Shown here in pieces: positions 61,758-64,000 of a stretch of DNA of 64,000 nucleotides (positions are counted from its first letter, which is position 1; each line of letters begins with the position of its first letter). Under the pieces are notes generated by a model. The model had not been told where the DNA came from. It saw nothing but the letters and a program-made list of their open reading frames with translations, and made no database searches. This DNA is from an uncultured Candidatus Saccharibacteria bacterium. Its GTDB lineage: Bacteria > Patescibacteriota > Saccharimonadia > Saccharimonadales > 2-12-FULL-41-12. A program made the translations under genes and the position numbers. The stretch is taken from positions 132,149 through 196,148 of the forward strand of contig CAZFPJ010000001.1 in assembly GCA_964521095.1 (NCBI GenBank), read 5' to 3'.

Positions 61758-62939
61758 CTAACAGAAGAAGTCCGTATCTTTTAACTCTTGGGGCATGAAC
61801 CCTTTTGGGTGTTTAAAGTCTGCCTTCCACTTAGTGTCTTTACCATAACCTAGATCTTTCATGAGTTTAGTAGGTGCATTGCGCAGATGCAGGGGAACTG
61901 GTAAATCAGGGTACTCCTTGACAACATCCAAGGCCTTGTTCATAGCACTTGCTACCTCACGAGATTTAGGCGCTTTTGCCATGACTAATGCACAATGAAA
62001 AAGGTTGTATTTTGCCTCTGGCAAACCAATTTTTTCTACGGCCTCAAAGGTAGATATTGCTATGTTCAAAGCCGCCGGCGCAGCCATGCCTATATCTTCG
62101 CTAGCAAAGATGACCATACGCCGGGCTATGAACTTGGGGTCTTCGCCAGACTCACACATCCGCGCCAAATAATAAAATGTCGCGTTACTGTCACCACCTC
62201 GCATAGACTTAATAAAAGCACTAACAACATTATAGTGGTGTTCTCCAGCCTTATCGTAGACCGGCAATCTACTCTGGGTAGCTGTTCTGATAACTGTTTC
62301 ATCCACTATGCCATCTCCACTCAACTGCAGGGCTAGCTCTAAATTACCCAATGCAACCCGGGCGTCACCACCAGACAGTTCTGCTAGCAAATCAATACTT
62401 TTTGCTGGTAGTTTTTTAGCTGTGATCTTTTCGGTAGCAATAGCATTTTTGAGTATTTTCAAAATCGCCTCTTTGCTCAATAGCTCGAGCGTAACCACCC
62501 TCATCCGACTCAATAGGGGACCAATGACTTCAAAACTCGGGTTTTCGGTTGTTGCACCAATCAGAACAATTGTGCCGTCCTCGACCCAAGGCAAAAATGC
62601 ATCTTGTTGTGCCTTGTTAAATCTGTGTATTTCATCTACGAACAAGACAGTCTTCATCGCCAACCGTTGGTTTTGCTTAGCTCGCTCGATGACTTTTATT
62701 ACATCTGCTTTGCTGGCAACTACCGCACTAATCTCCATAAATTCAGCGCCCGTTTCGCTAGCTACAATCCGCGCCAGCGTAGTTTTGCCACTGCCCGGCG
62801 GACCCCACAAGATTAGGCTAGCCTGCTGTTTGCTGTCTACTATCTTTTGTATAATCTGACCGCCAGCCGTCAGGTGCTCTTGCCCAACTACTCCATCCAA
62901 AGAATTGGGGCGTAATTTTTCTGCCAATGGTCTTGTCAT
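61758..62939 (-). CDS. rarA: replication-associated recombination protein A (AAA+ ATPase)
   Basis: LRPNSLDGVVGQEHL, Walker A GPPGSGKTTLA, DEIHRFNKAQQD, and a MgsA C-terminal domain. Confidence 0.85.
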   Translation of the reverse strand: MTRPLAEKLRPNSLDGVVGQEHLTAGGQIIQKIVDSKQQASLILWGPPGSGKTTLARIVASETGAEFMEISAVVASKADVIKVIERAKQNQRLAMKTVLFVDEIHRFNKAQQDAFLPWVEDGTIVLIGATTENPSFEVIGPLLSRMRVVTLELLSKEAILKILKNAIATEKITAKKLPAKSIDLLAELSGGDARVALGNLELALQLSGDGIVDETVIRTATQSRLPVYDKAGEHHYNVVSAFIKSMRGGDSNATFYYLARMCESGEDPKFIARRMVIFASEDIGMAAPAALNIAISTFEAVEKIGLPEAKYNLFHCALVMAKAPKSREVASAMNKALDVVKEYPDLPVPLHLRNAPTKLMKDLGYGKDTKWKADFKHPKGFMPQELKDTDFFC

Positions 62940-63011
62940 ACCAATATTGTACCAATGCCTCTAACTAAAATGATACAATGAAAACAAGCAAGAGAAGGAG
63001 CCCTAGATCAC

Positions 63012-63224
63012 ATGACTCAAAATTTTGTCAACGACAACATAACGCTAATCTTGATAATGCTAACTATAGACGCCACTCTCAAGGCAGTAGCCATGTGGAT
63101 GGCAGCCCAAAAAGGAGCAAAAGTTTGGTTTGTTTTGCTGTTTATCCTCAATACCGCCGGGATATTGCCACTATTTTATATCTTTTATTTCAGCAAACAA
63201 CAAAAGCCTGACAACAAAAACTAG
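63012..63224 (+). CDS. small hypothetical membrane protein
   Basis: 70 aa and two hydrophobic helices. Weak. Confidence 0.25.
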   Translation: MTQNFVNDNITLILIMLTIDATLKAVAMWMAAQKGAKVWFVLLFILNTAGILPLFYIFYFSKQQKPDNKN

Positions 63225-63637
63225 GCGTTTTTTCTGTTCACAACAACTGGTTCGGTAGGCTCTGAGTTGCTTTGAGGAGAGTTGCAGACAGTAAGTTCGT
63301 ATATAGTATTTTCTTTAACTGCTCGCAATTTTAATGATCCAACACAGTTTGCTGTTTCCCGCAGTCTCTCTTCTCTGATGACAGCCTCTGCCTCGTCAAG
63401 CATCTCCAAAGAAGATTGCGCCAACCCTCTCAAGCCCTCGACATCGTCATCTTCCTCAAAAATCCCAATATCATGAAGCATGGTCGCTAAACTACTTGCC
63501 GACTCTTCATCCATAACAATGTCCGATATAGCGTCAAGTTGTTGCTGTCGTATCGACTCAAGAGCTTCTATGCGTTTTTGAGCGAGTAAATCTCTGGGGC
63601 AACCCTGACATGGATTATTTTCAAAACCTTTATTCAT
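63221..63637 (-). CDS. hypothetical acidic protein
   Basis: 138 aa with a Cys-x2-Cys near the N-terminus. Confidence 0.3.
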   Translation of the reverse strand: MNKGFENNPCQGCPRDLLAQKRIEALESIRQQQLDAISDIVMDEESASSLATMLHDIGIFEEDDDVEGLRGLAQSSLEMLDEAEAVIREERLRETANCVGSLKLRAVKENTIYELTVCNSPQSNSEPTEPVVVNRKNA

Positions 63638-63676
63638 ACTTCTATTATACCATTATGTGGTATTGTAGTCAATATT

Positions 63677-64000
63677 CTAGTTATGATGGTATTTGCTACC
63701 TGACAAGATGCTGTAGCTACGGTATAACTGTTCGACCAAAATAAGTCGGACCAATTGATGAGGAAAAACCAAAGCAGACAATCCAACAACTCTGTCCGCT
63801 CGATCTTTTAATGTGTCATTAACTCCATATGCTCCACCTATGATAAGAACCAACCGTTTGACCGAATTATTTTGTGCGCTATCTATCAAGTCTACTAAAA
63901 CCTTGTTCGTAGCCTGACTGCCTGTTTCGTCTAGCAAAATCACCATATCATCACTGTTTAGCCTGTTCAACATAACCTCTGACTCGCTGTCTTTGTCCGA
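63677..64000 (-). CDS. rlmH: 23S rRNA (pseudouridine1915-N3)-methyltransferase RlmH, partial; N-terminus lies beyond the window end
   Basis: LVLIIGGAYGV...SLSALVFPHQLVRLILVEQLYRSYSILSGSKYHH matches the RlmH SPOUT C-terminal signature. The frame is open to the window edge. Confidence 0.7.
   Translation of the reverse strand, partial: SDKDSESEVMLNRLNSDDMVILLDETGSQATNKVLVDLIDSAQNNSVKRLVLIIGGAYGVNDTLKDRADRVVGLSALVFPHQLVRLILVEQLYRSYSILSGSKYHHN

Overview
This 64 kb window reads as a compact, moderately AT-rich bacterial chromosome segment. Gene content and organisation suggest a small-genome Patescibacteria/Saccharibacteria-like organism, but that is inference from gene content only. Most of it is ordinary core DNA: a partial Cys/Met PLP enzyme, Asp/Asn-tRNA ligase, purA, guaB, smpB, rarA, a partial rlmH, and thioredoxin. 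There is a minimal aerobic respiratory set made of NDH-2 and the cyoABCDE quinol oxidase operon. A complete F1Fo ATP synthase operon sits on the minus strand and carries an extra uncharacterised ORF between atpG and atpD. Regulation genes include two two-component systems, a Crp/Fnr regulator with a CRP-like palindrome, and a Ser/Thr kinase. Other notable genes are an RND exporter, trehalase, an MFS transporter, a VIT1 transporter and a heme-membrane-domain::Mo-oxidoreductase fusion. The two tRNA genes (Gln-TTG at 5769-5843 and Asn-GTT at 37252-37326) are each followed by accessory DNA that ends in a direct repeat of the tRNA 3' end. The tRNA-Gln island is the most interesting part. It carries a large serine recombinase gene bracketed by a perfect 163-bp inverted repeat. 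Immediately next to it is a second perfect ~119-bp inverted-repeat pair enclosing a two-gene cargo: a membrane protein and a small protein with an HEPN-like R-x4-H motif. The pentamer AGCCA from the tRNA 3' end recurs at the outer junctions (5839-5843, 8948-8952) and, inverted, at the internal arm junction (7726-7730). This looks like an integrated and possibly invertible serine-recombinase element carrying a candidate novel toxin/defence pair.
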